Virus record (IMG/VR): IMGVR_UViG_3300036766_000416
Coordinates: 114,610 to 178,609 of that record
Length of the DNA: 64,000 bases
Source: a virus
Direction: 5' to 3' (one strand)
Under the pieces are notes generated by a model that was not told where the DNA came from, did no database searches, and saw nothing but the letters and a program-made list of their open reading frames with translations. The position numbers were made by a program, and so were the translations under genes. Below are positions 56,189-64,000 of the stretch, one piece after another. Position 1 is the first letter of the stretch; each line of letters opens with the position of its first letter.

Positions 56189-56731
56189 ATGAGTGACTTT
56201 CTTAAATCAGCGGGAGGAATCCTAGCCACTCTGGCTCCAACCGCAGCTTCACTATTGGGGGGTCCTCTTGCTGGCCTTGCAACCTCTGCTCTCATAGGCG
56301 CTTTAGGTCTAGCACCAGACACCGCACACGATGATCTTATGAAAGCCGTCAGTCTTGCCACTCCCGACCAGTTGATTAAGCTAAAGGAAGTTGAGTCGAA
56401 ATTGATCCTCGACCTCAAGGCGCTCGATGTTGACGTATTAAAAATTGACGCCGGTGACCGAGACTCGGCTCGTAAGCGAGAGGTCGCCACACAGGATTAT
56501 ACACCGCGAATCCTCGCGGGCCTGATCGTGACCCTGTTTATTGGTGTTCAGTATTTTGTGTTTGCTGGGCACAGCGTTGAACCAACAATGCGAGATTTTG
56601 CGATGCGTTCATTGGGTACCTTGGACGCCTCATTGGCTATGATTTTGGCCTATTACTTTGGTTCATCTGCTGGCTCACGAAGCAAGGATGCACAAATTGC
56701 TACCCTTGTCAATGGGAAGAATGGAAAATGA
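56189..56731 (+). CDS. Holin-like membrane protein (3TM holin family-like)
   Basis: Hydrophobic helices; DRDSARKRE; AYYFGSSAGS..KD. Confidence 0.6.
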   Translation: MSDFLKSAGGILATLAPTAASLLGGPLAGLATSALIGALGLAPDTAHDDLMKAVSLATPDQLIKLKEVESKLILDLKALDVDVLKIDAGDRDSARKREVATQDYTPRILAGLIVTLFIGVQYFVFAGHSVEPTMRDFAMRSLGTLDASLAMILAYYFGSSAGSRSKDAQIATLVNGKNGK

Positions 56732-57140
56732 CATGTCCGAGATAAAAGTTGCTGAGGTGCTACCCGAGTGTCAATCTGGGTTTGCTGACATCCGATTGGC
56801 TGTGGGTCTCATCGAACGCGATCTATCCACACAGACCAAGATCACTGATAAACTCTCAGAGGCCATTGAGCGAATCGAAGCGATGAATGCTAACCTTGTC
56901 AAGATGCTCGCAGTCCATGAACTGAAACACGAACTGACCTGCAGTGACCTCAAGGTTGTTGAAGATAAGGTCGATGAATTACGTATTCATAAACCCACTC
57001 AACAAGATGCCCAGGTATCAAAAACTCTTGCACAACTTGAAAGGTGGAAATACATACTGATGGGTATGATCCTTGCGTTGGGGTGGCTTCTAGGTCATAT
57101 CAATTGGGACGTGGTGCTCAGTGCGCTTCGCGTTAAATAG
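56721..57140 (+). CDS. Coiled-coil protein with a C-terminal TM helix (start 56721 or 56733)
   Basis: LERWKYILMGMILALGWLLG. Confidence 0.55.
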   Translation: MENDMSEIKVAEVLPECQSGFADIRLAVGLIERDLSTQTKITDKLSEAIERIEAMNANLVKMLAVHELKHELTCSDLKVVEDKVDELRIHKPTQQDAQVSKTLAQLERWKYILMGMILALGWLLGHINWDVVLSALRVK

Positions 57141-57143
57141 TCC

Positions 57144-57172
57144 TTGCTTTTTGCGGTGGTTTGCTGTATAAT
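57144..57172 (+). promoter_or_regulatory. sigma70-type promoter
   Basis: TTGCTT-17-TATAAT. Confidence 0.6.
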
Positions 57173-57181
57173 AGTTACATT

Positions 57182-57844
57182 ATGGATAGCTTTGTATACC
57201 GGTGGAAAGACGACCCTTATCAAAAATTCTATATTGGTGTTCATAAAGGATGCCAATATGACGGATACCTTTGCTCTAGTAAGTTGGTAAGAGAAGAGTA
57301 CCGCAAACGACCCGGTGATTTTATAAGAGAAATCATAGCAACGGGCACCTATGAAGATATGTACCTGTTGGAAACACAACTGCTTAAAGAGGTAGACGCC
57401 AGAAACAACCCATCATACTACAATCAACACAACAACGAATCTCCATTTTATCACCAGGGTCCCAAAAGTAGAGAACATCTACAAAAAATTTCATTAGCTA
57501 ACAAGAATTCTCAGAAGGTCCGCGACCAAATAAAAAGAATTACCACCGATCCAATAATAAAATCAAAACTCGCTCTTACCAGAAAAACCTCAAGTAAATT
57601 CCAATCACATGTAAGAAGGCTCAATTCTGATCCTGCCATCCACAAGAAGAGTGCTCGGTCTCAGTCGGGAACCTGGGTTATAACTTTTCCTGATGGGCAA
57701 CAAGAAACCATAGTAAACTTGCGCGAATTTTGTAGAACAAACAACCTAAACCAATCGTCCATGTGGAGAGTTTCGCGCGGCCAGTCCTCTAAACATAAAG
57801 GTTTTGCCTGTCTCAAAGTTCAACACAAGAAAACTATATCATGA
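57182..57844 (+). CDS. GIY-YIG-like homing endonuclease (related to 48484/55558; start 57182)
   Basis: FVYRW..FYIGVHKG..GYLCSS, YYNQH, NLREFCR..KGF.C. Confidence 0.82.
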   Translation: MDSFVYRWKDDPYQKFYIGVHKGCQYDGYLCSSKLVREEYRKRPGDFIREIIATGTYEDMYLLETQLLKEVDARNNPSYYNQHNNESPFYHQGPKSREHLQKISLANKNSQKVRDQIKRITTDPIIKSKLALTRKTSSKFQSHVRRLNSDPAIHKKSARSQSGTWVITFPDGQQETIVNLREFCRTNNLNQSSMWRVSRGQSSKHKGFACLKVQHKKTIS

Positions 57845-58902
57845 TTCATACCGATTTGAAATATGTGGGGTTACTTTCTTGCCACTTTGAAAGGGTTGTT
57901 CGTAAGAACGGCTACCTCTGGAACGTTCGATGCCCCATTTGCCTTGATTCTCAAATAAAGAAAAACAAGATGCGCGGGTACATCTACCAATCTGAACAAC
58001 GCCTGGCATACAAGTGTCATAATTGCAACGCTTCAATGTGGTTTGGTGCGCTTATCAAACACCTCAATCCAAGACTCTATAAAGAATACCTCATGGAGAC
58101 ATTCAAAGAAAGCGATCCAGGGGCTCGGCATCGTCGGCAGGTTAAGCTATTGACAACTCCTGGATTTTTTGATCAACCATTGGAGAGTGGTACGTCGTCA
58201 CCAAAAACCTTCAAAACCGCTGAATTTATTTCAAAATTACCACAAACACATTTTGCGGTGCAGTATGTCAATGCTCGCAAGATACCCACAAAGACCTGGT
58301 CACGACTTCTATTCACCGAACGCTACAGAGACTTCTGTGATGAAGTGTACCCCAAACACGGTAAGAAACTGTCCAATGATGGTAGACTGGTCATTCCGTT
58401 CTATGACGCGCACGGGTCGCTGATAGCGGTCAGTGGTCGCGCATTCAATGACACTGGGGTACGGTACATCACTATTCGTACCAATGCAGACGATAGCAAG
58501 TTGATCTATGGTCTCGATAGAGTGGATCAATCCAAGACTGTTTTGGTGGTTGAGGGACCTCTAGATTCCCTATTCCTAGAGAACACAATTGCCTCAGGAG
58601 ATGCGAACCTTATCTCGGTGACCAAGCACCTGTCTGCGGCTAAGGTGACATTGGTGTTCGACAATGAGAGCCGTAATAAAGAAATCGTGAAACAGATGGA
58701 AGAGGCGATTCAGTTAAGATGTGAGGTGGTCGTTTGGCCAGAGTGGTTGTTACCCAAGGACATCAATGAAATGGTGCTCGCTGGGTACCCAGCGGCCGCT
58801 ATCGCAGACATCATACATAAGAACACATACAATGGCCTGACAGCGTTGACGCACCTGAATTTCTGGAAGCGGTGTTCACAATTCAAGGGAGTAACATCAT
58901 GA
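57841..58902 (+). CDS. 61: DNA primase gp61
   Basis: CPICLDS..CHNC zinc finger, RLVIPFY, RY, VVEGPLDSLF, FDNE, KDINEM. Confidence 0.95.
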   Translation: MIHTDLKYVGLLSCHFERVVRKNGYLWNVRCPICLDSQIKKNKMRGYIYQSEQRLAYKCHNCNASMWFGALIKHLNPRLYKEYLMETFKESDPGARHRRQVKLLTTPGFFDQPLESGTSSPKTFKTAEFISKLPQTHFAVQYVNARKIPTKTWSRLLFTERYRDFCDEVYPKHGKKLSNDGRLVIPFYDAHGSLIAVSGRAFNDTGVRYITIRTNADDSKLIYGLDRVDQSKTVLVVEGPLDSLFLENTIASGDANLISVTKHLSAAKVTLVFDNESRNKEIVKQMEEAIQLRCEVVVWPEWLLPKDINEMVLAGYPAAAIADIIHKNTYNGLTALTHLNFWKRCSQFKGVTS

Positions 58903-59585
58903 GTGTGAGTGAGTTAAAGGTGCTTGATTATGGTCATGTGAGACTCGTGGACTCTATGGGTTCCGATTTGTCCATCGTGCGATCTGCACGAGTGAGTTAT
59001 AATGCGGTGTGGCGCACAGGTGAGGACGAAGGCAAAGATGCCAAGCTCATTCAGTACCTTATCAAGAATCGTCACACCACACCATTTGAATCTGTGACAT
59101 TTACGTTCGATGTGAAAGCACCGATATTTGTATTTCGTCAGTGGCACAGACACAGAACATGGTCCTATAACGAGATGTCTGCAAGGTACACAGAACTCCC
59201 CGAAGAGTTCTACATTCCAGAGGCTAAGGAAATCACTACGCAATCAGCGAGCAATAAACAAATGCGAACGGATGAGTTGCATCCCGATGGTGAAGTGATG
59301 CGCGAGGTGATGCGACTCAATAATGAGGCGGCCTTTGTATCTTATCGTCAACTCCTACACATGGGATGCCCGCGAGAACTTGCGCGATCAGTGTTACCTG
59401 TTGCGACCTATAGTCAGATGTTCGGCACCGTCAATTTGTGGAACCTGTTTCATTTCCTGAATCTCAGAACACACGCACACGCGCAGTTTGAAATACGTGT
59501 ATATGCGCTCGCAATGCTTGAACTCATTCGACCGATTTGTCCCGTCGCGGTTACTGCATGGGAAGAACTCAACATAAAAAAGTAA
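58899..59585 (+). CDS. thyX: Flavin-dependent thymidylate synthase (start 58899)
   Basis: ARVSY, HTTPFE, RQWHRHRTWSYNEMSARY, ARSVLP, HAQFEIR. Confidence 0.95.
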   Translation: MSVSELKVLDYGHVRLVDSMGSDLSIVRSARVSYNAVWRTGEDEGKDAKLIQYLIKNRHTTPFESVTFTFDVKAPIFVFRQWHRHRTWSYNEMSARYTELPEEFYIPEAKEITTQSASNKQMRTDELHPDGEVMREVMRLNNEAAFVSYRQLLHMGCPRELARSVLPVATYSQMFGTVNLWNLFHFLNLRTHAHAQFEIRVYALAMLELIRPICPVAVTAWEELNIKK

Positions 59586-59607
59586 TAGAACTAGAGAGGT
59601 TGATAGC

Positions 59608-59745
59608 ATGAATAAGAGAACCGACTCCCCAATATTCTGCGCTCACGCAAACGAATGTCCGAATATCTGCCCATGCCCTAAGGGTTGCTGGTGTAATAGA
59701 AACTCAAAGCGCATGTGCTACAAAAAATCTCTAAAAAAGAAATAG
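59608..59745 (+). CDS. 45 aa Cys-rich peptide (metallothionein-like); below the ORF-track cut-off
   Basis: GAGGT RBS; MNKRTDSPIFCAHANECPNICPCPKGCWCNRNSKRMCYKKSLKKK. Confidence 0.5.
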   Translation: MNKRTDSPIFCAHANECPNICPCPKGCWCNRNSKRMCYKKSLKKK

Positions 59746-59754
59746 GAAACCATC

Positions 59755-61536
59755 ATGGAGACTCCCGAATATTCCCCTACTGGATTTTCTCTCAAAATTT
59801 TCAAGGACCGTTACGCATTTCATGAATCTGAAACATGGCCAGAAGCCTGTCAGCGTTTGGCTACACAAATGTCTATTGCTGAGGTTCCCGATAAGCAATC
59901 GATCTATCGTGGAAAATTTTATCACGCGCTCATCGCCAATCTCTTTGTTCCTGGTGGACGGATATGGGCGAACGCTGGGCGAGCAAATCCCGCATTGCTC
60001 AATTGCTTTGTGCTTGACGAGAACAAGGACAGCAAGGAAGGTTGGGGTAGCTCCGCGTATAACATGATCGTCACATCGATGTCAGGTGGTGGCTGTGGTG
60101 ACGATTTCTCTGATGTGCGTCCTCGTGGTGCCTCAATTGGCGACCAGCGTGGTGTGGCTCCTGGTGCTGTGGAACTCATGCGTCTGGTTGATGCGGCAGC
60201 GCAACCTGTTCGCAATGGTGGACAGCGACGAGTGGCGTTGATGTTCAGCTTGGACCTCTCCCATCCTGATATTGAAGAATTCTTGAATGCCAAATTGATC
60301 AAAGGTGAACTCACACACGCGAATGTCTCAGTGCGCTCTAAGCATACTAAAGCCTTTATCAAAGCGGTGAAAGATGATGGTGACTGGGAACTCTCATGGA
60401 AAGGGAAATACCGAAAGACAATCAAGGCTCGTGCGCTGTGGGATATTATTGTCCGAAACGCCTATAATTCCGCTGAGCCAGGGTTCTTGAATTGGGAATT
60501 GGTGGCGTCAGAGAATCCGACATACTATTGTACCGAACTCACGACAACCAATCCGTGTGGTGAACAGCCCTTGAATCGCTTTTCATCATGCTGCCTCGGT
60601 CATATTGTGCTCTCACGATTCGTGAAAGAAGGGTCGGTCGACTATCCATCATTAGGTGACACGATTCGTCTGGCTGTCCGATTCCTCGATAACGTGCTGA
60701 GTGTCAATCATTTTCCACTTCCTGAGATGAAGATCGTTTCAGATAACATTCGCCGCATTGGACTAGGTACCACAGCACTTGCCGATACCTTGGCGATGCT
60801 TGGGTATCGCTATGGGTCCGAGGAAGGCAACAAGTTTACAGATCACTTATATAGGTTCATATCCAAGATTGCGTATGAAGCTTCGATCATTCTTGCTGTT
60901 GAGAAAGGTGCGTTCCCACTATGCCACTCAGAGAAACATGTGGAGTCTGGATTCGTGAAACGGATGCCAGCCAAGATCAAGAGCTTGATTCGTGAGCATG
61001 GCATACGAAACTGCTGCATCCTCACACAGGCACCCACAGGAACGGTAAGCATACTCAGTGAGAATTGCAGTTCAGGAATTGAACCTATATTCGCACCGGC
61101 TTATACCAGAAGATATTGGGAAAATGAAGTTCGCAAAGAGGAAGTCGTCATACACCCCCTGTTTGAAAAGTTTATGAGTGAGGGAAAGAGTGTGGAGCAC
61201 TTTGTGGGTTCCCATGACCTCACGGTACGCGATCACCTCGAAGTTCAATCCATTATCCAAAAGCATGTAGACTCAGCGGTCTCCAAGACCATAAATATCC
61301 CTGTGGACTATGACATGGCTGACATGGAGAAACTGTGGCTTGAATACCTCCCACACCTCAAGGGTACCACATTCTACCGAGAGACCACACGAGGGTACGT
61401 CAACAAGTCTGGTGATATCGAGCCACCACCATTGACCGCTATACCGTTGAAAGAGGCCAAGAAACGATTCAAAGAGGTCCACAAAGTTGAAGCTGCTCAG
61501 GCCACCGATTGCCCAAGCGGAGTCTGTCAATTATGA
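59755..61536 (+). CDS. nrdJ: Class II (B12-dependent) ribonucleotide reductase
   Basis: PGGR, LLNCFV, GGGCG, EPG, TNPCGEQPL, IGLG, APTGT, SAVSKT, C-terminal CPSGVC; no beta subunit nearby. Confidence 0.85.
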   Translation: METPEYSPTGFSLKIFKDRYAFHESETWPEACQRLATQMSIAEVPDKQSIYRGKFYHALIANLFVPGGRIWANAGRANPALLNCFVLDENKDSKEGWGSSAYNMIVTSMSGGGCGDDFSDVRPRGASIGDQRGVAPGAVELMRLVDAAAQPVRNGGQRRVALMFSLDLSHPDIEEFLNAKLIKGELTHANVSVRSKHTKAFIKAVKDDGDWELSWKGKYRKTIKARALWDIIVRNAYNSAEPGFLNWELVASENPTYYCTELTTTNPCGEQPLNRFSSCCLGHIVLSRFVKEGSVDYPSLGDTIRLAVRFLDNVLSVNHFPLPEMKIVSDNIRRIGLGTTALADTLAMLGYRYGSEEGNKFTDHLYRFISKIAYEASIILAVEKGAFPLCHSEKHVESGFVKRMPAKIKSLIREHGIRNCCILTQAPTGTVSILSENCSSGIEPIFAPAYTRRYWENEVRKEEVVIHPLFEKFMSEGKSVEHFVGSHDLTVRDHLEVQSIIQKHVDSAVSKTINIPVDYDMADMEKLWLEYLPHLKGTTFYRETTRGYVNKSGDIEPPPLTAIPLKEAKKRFKEVHKVEAAQATDCPSGVCQL

Positions 61537-61895
61537 AACCATTTCTTTTCTGTGCTGCATTGCTACTTACTGGGTGCTCAGTGGTCTTTGTGCCCACATA
61601 CCACGAGACTGAATTCAACGACCTCGTCACCATCGCCGCTCAAAGTGCGAGAGGCACCTGTGACGTGGAACAGACCACGAAGCTCCTGGACCTCTCAACG
61701 CACCTGCTCTATTACACTGAATTGTTGCCTAACAATACGAAGCTACATAGTGGTGTTGTGGCGATGAATGAGAGTGTGAAAGAGTTATTCGATCATACTC
61801 AGCCTATCTCACCGATATTCTGTTCGCTCAAGTTACGATTGATTAACAAGATGGCTCTGACACTAGGGGCCGCGAGTGGAGGGAAACCGCAATGA
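61533..61895 (+). CDS. Predicted lipoprotein (start 61533)
   Basis: MKPFLFCAALLLTGC lipobox. Confidence 0.6.
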   Translation: MKPFLFCAALLLTGCSVVFVPTYHETEFNDLVTIAAQSARGTCDVEQTTKLLDLSTHLLYYTELLPNNTKLHSGVVAMNESVKELFDHTQPISPIFCSLKLRLINKMALTLGAASGGKPQ

Positions 61896-62140
61896 GCACC
61901 GGACTAATCAACATGCTCCTATTGGAGAAAGACAAAGACGTTCAAGAACTCGCTATGCTACTCGCTGATATCGAGAAGGCATTGGTGTCCAAGGAAATCA
62001 CTGAGCAGGAGTATGTGCAACTGCAAATAGATGTGGAACGATTACGCGCAGTGACAATGCTTGCGAATGATGCTCGTATAGATATTATGGTACACGAAGC
62101 GATTCGTGGACTCATACAATTAGCTAAGACTGTGTGGTGA
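61892..62140 (+). CDS. Hypothetical protein
   Basis: ATGA-coupled ORF. Confidence 0.55.
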   Translation: MSTGLINMLLLEKDKDVQELAMLLADIEKALVSKEITEQEYVQLQIDVERLRAVTMLANDARIDIMVHEAIRGLIQLAKTVW

Positions 62141-62143
62141 TTT

Positions 62144-62560
62144 ATGAAGATTTTCTATCGTGATGGATATAAATACCAACTGTTTGCAGATTACATTTAT
62201 AATTTGCCTGATTACTTTGTGCCCACATGGCACGAGATAGAAACAGATTTCTTGTGGTATGATGGTGTCAAGCAGTTGATCGTGAAGCAGGGGTACGCAT
62301 GGGATGGTCCTAGTGGTCCCACATGGGACACCAAGAATTTTCTGCGTGGGTCCCTGGTACACGATTCTGTCTATCAGTTGTGCCGTGAAGGGTTCCTCGA
62401 GAAGAATATACATCGCCCCATTGCGGATAGGCTTCTCTATGACCTGGTGCGCGAAGATGGCATGAATTGGTTCCGTGCGAAGTATGTCTATTACGCCGTG
62501 CGTGTGGCAGCGAACCCTATGGCTCGCAAACAACCGAAAGTGATATTAACAGCACCATGA
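62144..62560 (+). CDS. DUF1353-like protein
   Basis: GYAWDG.S, SLVHDSVY, ADRLL..L..DG, YYAVR. Confidence 0.7.
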   Translation: MKIFYRDGYKYQLFADYIYNLPDYFVPTWHEIETDFLWYDGVKQLIVKQGYAWDGPSGPTWDTKNFLRGSLVHDSVYQLCREGFLEKNIHRPIADRLLYDLVREDGMNWFRAKYVYYAVRVAANPMARKQPKVILTAP

Positions 62561-62829
62561 GTGAACCAAAGGTTGTGAGTCTCAAGGGCATTGCACCTGG
62601 GCATTATGTGCGCGTGGATCGTGGCACGGACTGGGGTAATCCATTTGTGATGCGTAGTCAAACCGAGCTAGAACGCCATAGAGTGTGTGGGCTCTATGAG
62701 CAATACGCACAGTGGAGAATGACCGTAGACCCTGAATGGCTAGACTCATTGAGAGGAAAAAATTTAGCCTGTTGGTGTGCTCCAAAGCGTTGTCACGCAG
62801 ACACTCTATTGAGGTTAGCGAATGAGTGA
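62557..62829 (+). CDS. DUF4326-like protein (start 62557)
   Basis: DRGTDWGNPF, LRGKNLACWCAPKRCHAD. Confidence 0.8.
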   Translation: MSEPKVVSLKGIAPGHYVRVDRGTDWGNPFVMRSQTELERHRVCGLYEQYAQWRMTVDPEWLDSLRGKNLACWCAPKRCHADTLLRLANE

Positions 62830-63031
62830 CAGAGAGAAATCATTGATTAAAGCAGGTAACGAGTTAGTCAAAACATTCGGTCATCGAGTGGGATGCCCAG
62901 TCCTCAATCGTCCTGAATGGGCGTGTGGCTGTGGGCAAGCAGACGAATATGGATATGCGATGAGCACATGGAGAACAGCAGTTGAAACGATCACGGACGA
63001 AGGGTATCCACCTCAATGGTTGAAAAAATAG
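62822..63031 (+). CDS. Hypothetical protein
   Basis: Coupled 69 aa ORF with H..C....C.C. Confidence 0.5.
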   Translation: MSDREKSLIKAGNELVKTFGHRVGCPVLNRPEWACGCGQADEYGYAMSTWRTAVETITDEGYPPQWLKK

Positions 63032-63450
63032 TCCTCATGCTCGCCCTCATTGTGCTTGGCTTTGCTAGCATGGTGTCTGCTCATTTACCCATCGAGGTGC
63101 TCTATTGTCCTGCCTTTCAATATGTCGGCGCAACCCATATTCCTAAAATGCTGACCACAAAGGTGACCGAGAATGGATTGTATGCGGAACTCTATGATGT
63201 GACAGGTGACAATAAAGTGGATATCGTGACCTATTCGGCTCTGGATGGTGGGATCTTTGATAAAGATAAAGGTGAACCTCTTCACAAAGACATGCCGATT
63301 TTCTATGAGGTTGACGATGATGGCGACCAAGAAGCCGATGCGCTCTATATTGATGCGCGTGGTGAACAGCGTTGCGAGGATATTATTCTCTATGCAGAAG
63401 ATTCGGCCCGCGGTGGTAGCCTCGTGTCCTGGGGAACGTTGGCATTTTAA
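63016..63450 (+). CDS. Secreted acidic protein
   Basis: Signal peptide; DVTGDNKVD and DDDGDQEAD Ca-binding-like loops. Confidence 0.55.
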   Translation: MVEKIVLMLALIVLGFASMVSAHLPIEVLYCPAFQYVGATHIPKMLTTKVTENGLYAELYDVTGDNKVDIVTYSALDGGIFDKDKGEPLHKDMPIFYEVDDDGDQEADALYIDARGEQRCEDIILYAEDSARGGSLVSWGTLAF

Positions 63451-63479
63451 CAAGTGTAAACAGAGAGGATAGGGATAAT

Positions 63480-63917
63480 ATGTCACAGACAACTGTTGCT
63501 TTACGAGTAGTATTGGCAGACGTTTTTTCTTTATATTACAAATTACACTCGGCACATTGGAATACCACTGGTTTACTATTTCATAGTTTACATGGATTTT
63601 TTGACGTTCTTTATACTGAAGTTTGGAAATCTGTAGATGAAATTGCCGAGCACATTCGAACACTTGACGAACTGGCACCAGCCTCCTTAACAGAATTATT
63701 AAGTCACGCATCTCTCCAAGAAAATTCTCTTATTCCAGGAACACCTTCAGAAATGATACAAGAAATCATCATTCTTAACCATATAGTGCTTCACTCCCTC
63801 TATAGTGCTCACACCGCGTCAGAATATGAGAAGCACACGGGTATAACAAATTTTATTGAATCAAGAATTGATATCCACGCCAAACATCAATGGCAACTCA
63901 AGGCCCATTTGAATTGA
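63480..63917 (+). CDS. dps: Dps ferritin-like DNA-protection protein
   Basis: HSAHWN.TG..F..LH.FF, VDEIAEHIR, H.K..WQL. Confidence 0.9.
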   Translation: MSQTTVALRVVLADVFSLYYKLHSAHWNTTGLLFHSLHGFFDVLYTEVWKSVDEIAEHIRTLDELAPASLTELLSHASLQENSLIPGTPSEMIQEIIILNHIVLHSLYSAHTASEYEKHTGITNFIESRIDIHAKHQWQLKAHLN

Positions 63918-63925
63918 GGAGTCCG

Positions 63926-64000
63926 ATGCAACACAAAAGCATTTGCTCAGAGTGTAATCGACCATGTACCATTGAGTATGAAGAAAATGATGGTACTATT
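63926..64000 (+). CDS. Partial ORF, possible zinc ribbon (runs off the window)
   Basis: GAGGAG RBS; MQHKSICSECNRPC. Confidence 0.45.
   Translation, partial: MQHKSICSECNRPCTIEYEENDGTI

Noticed and set aside
27741-61536. Inteins in gp41, primase or NrdJ
   Set aside because: Lengths are normal and conserved motifs are contiguous; no C/S...HN splice junction blocks were seen.
98-63711. Numerous antisense and nested ORFs in the six-frame track
   Set aside because: They shadow well-supported + strand genes and lack RBSs and motifs; only 8241-8855 is accepted on the minus strand.

Overview
A 64 kb piece of a large T4-like (myovirus-type) phage genome, almost all on the + strand. From left to right: (1) 1-8.3 kb, a cluster of DNA-modification-type enzymes: GNAT-like/2OG-hydroxylase fusion, nuclease-helicase-methyltransferase fusion, two half-methyltransferases, a PLP enzyme and an SPPY methyltransferase-like protein; (2) 9-13 kb, a vWA/metallopeptidase plus MoxR-type AAA pair; (3) 13.7-29 kb, the T4 replication core (dCMP deaminase, gp1, gp45, gp44, gp62, regA, gp43, uvsX, gp41); (4) 30-57 kb, a late-promoter region with a glycosyl-/methyltransferase locus and modular proteins punctuated by L/I-X-E motifs (candidate prohead-protease-processed internal proteins); (5) primase, thyX, class II RNR and Dps. 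I count 15 free-standing homing endonuclease genes (10 GIY-YIG, 5 HNH). The most striking observation is in the DNA polymerase. It is split into 43A and 43B around a GIY-YIG gene, and 43B is interrupted right after motif B by GGT-TAG-GT: a stop codon plus 5 extra nt between two matching Gly codons. This resembles a miniature T4 gene 60 ribosomal bypass, although an assembly error cannot be excluded. Annotations rest on motif recognition only; no searches were run. No tRNA, rRNA or CRISPR array was recognised.
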